From a virus (taxonomy: Duplodnaviria > Heunggongvirae > Uroviricota > Caudoviricetes), in the IMG/VR virus record IMGVR_UViG_2778261354_000001, positions 1-7,002 of that record: DNA of 7,002 bases, one strand, 5' to 3'. Shown in pieces: positions 6,589 to 7,002 of this stretch (its first letter is position 1; the number at the start of each line of letters is the position of its first letter). Made by a program: the position numbers and the translations under genes. The notes beneath the pieces were generated by a model. The model saw only the letters and a list, made by a program, of their open reading frames with translations. It was not told the DNA's origin and did not search any database.

Positions 6589-7002
6589 ATGCAGGCGGGC
6601 AGATTACGTGATCGCGTAATTATTCTGAATGTCACCACCGCCCGCTCTCCGTCAGGGCATCCGGTGGAGACGGTGACGGAGGGAGCTACCGTATGGGCAG
6701 AAGTTAAGGGTATCAGCGGGAGGGAGATAATCTCAGGCGGAGCAGAAACCGCTCAGGCTACGGTCAGAGTCTGGATGAGATTCCGGCGAGATGTAACAGC
6801 AACTTCATGTCTAAAAGTGCTGACCGGTGCATTTAAAGGGGCCATTCTGGGTATAGAAGGTCCACCAATACCGGATGCACGCGCTACCCGGCTTGAAATA
6901 CTCTGCAGCCTGAAGGGGAATGTGTGTAAGCGACTCGTCAGAACCGTATTGATATTTACTGAGAGCTCAGATCAACTTTCCAGGGCAACAGATCGCGTAC
7001 CC
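6589..7002 (+). CDS. Head closure / head-tail joining protein (HK97 gp9/SPP1 gp16-like); 3' end not reached within the window
   Basis: Not in the ORF track because there is no stop codon in the window. GGAGGAGG at 6581-6588 precedes ATG 6589. My translation is MQAGRLRDRVIILNVTTARSPSGHPVETVTEGATVWAEVKGISGREIISGGAETAQATVRVWMRFRRDVTATSCLKVLTGAFKGAILGIEGPPIPDARATRLEILCSLKGNVCKRLVRTVLIFTESSDQLSRATDRV..., which follows the head-closure family pattern. The frame stays open to position 7002. Confidence 0.7.
   Translation, partial: MQAGRLRDRVIILNVTTARSPSGHPVETVTEGATVWAEVKGISGREIISGGAETAQATVRVWMRFRRDVTATSCLKVLTGAFKGAILGIEGPPIPDARATRLEILCSLKGNVCKRLVRTVLIFTESSDQLSRATDRVP
6926..6952. repeat. Right copy of the bipartite inverted repeat: GTAAGCG (6926-6932), 7-nt spacer ACTCGTC (6933-6939), AGAACCGTATTGA (6940-6952)
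   Basis: Read directly: this is the reverse-complement partner of 51-77, with 13/13 and 7/7 arm identity and a different spacer. It lies within the open reading frame of the head-closure gene, at roughly codons 113-121. Confidence 0.8.

Noticed and set aside
1-7002. CRISPR arrays, rRNA/tRNA genes, IS elements and tail or lysis genes
   Set aside because: I found no regularly spaced direct repeats, no rRNA- or tRNA-like structures, no transposase-like ORF and no ORFs resembling tail or lysis proteins.

Overview
This window is a contiguous, same-strand (+) head-morphogenesis and DNA-packaging module of an HK97-like tailed phage or a phage-derived element, with E. coli-like codon usage and about 50% GC. 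Gene order is: HNH endonuclease, a GC-rich intergenic region that is the likely cos/packaging site, terminase small subunit (P27-type), terminase large subunit, a small unlisted hydrophobic ORF, HK97-family portal, HK97-family prohead protease, HK97-fold major capsid protein with an N-terminal delta domain, an intrinsic terminator, a gp6-like head-tail connector, and a head-closure gene that runs off the 3' edge. No tail, lysis, integrase, tRNA or CRISPR features are visible. All protein assignments rest on my reading of the supplied translations against remembered family signatures; no searches were run. The most unusual signal is a 13 bp + 7 bp bipartite repeat, separated by a 7-nt spacer, present at both ends of the window in inverted orientation (51-77 and 6926-6952); the right copy lies inside the head-closure coding sequence. 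Other points worth checking are a perfect 10-bp-arm palindrome upstream of the HNH gene, an apparent Gly-to-Ala change in the terminase P-loop, and whether this tail-less head module belongs to a prophage or a capsid-forming satellite, which cannot be decided from this window.
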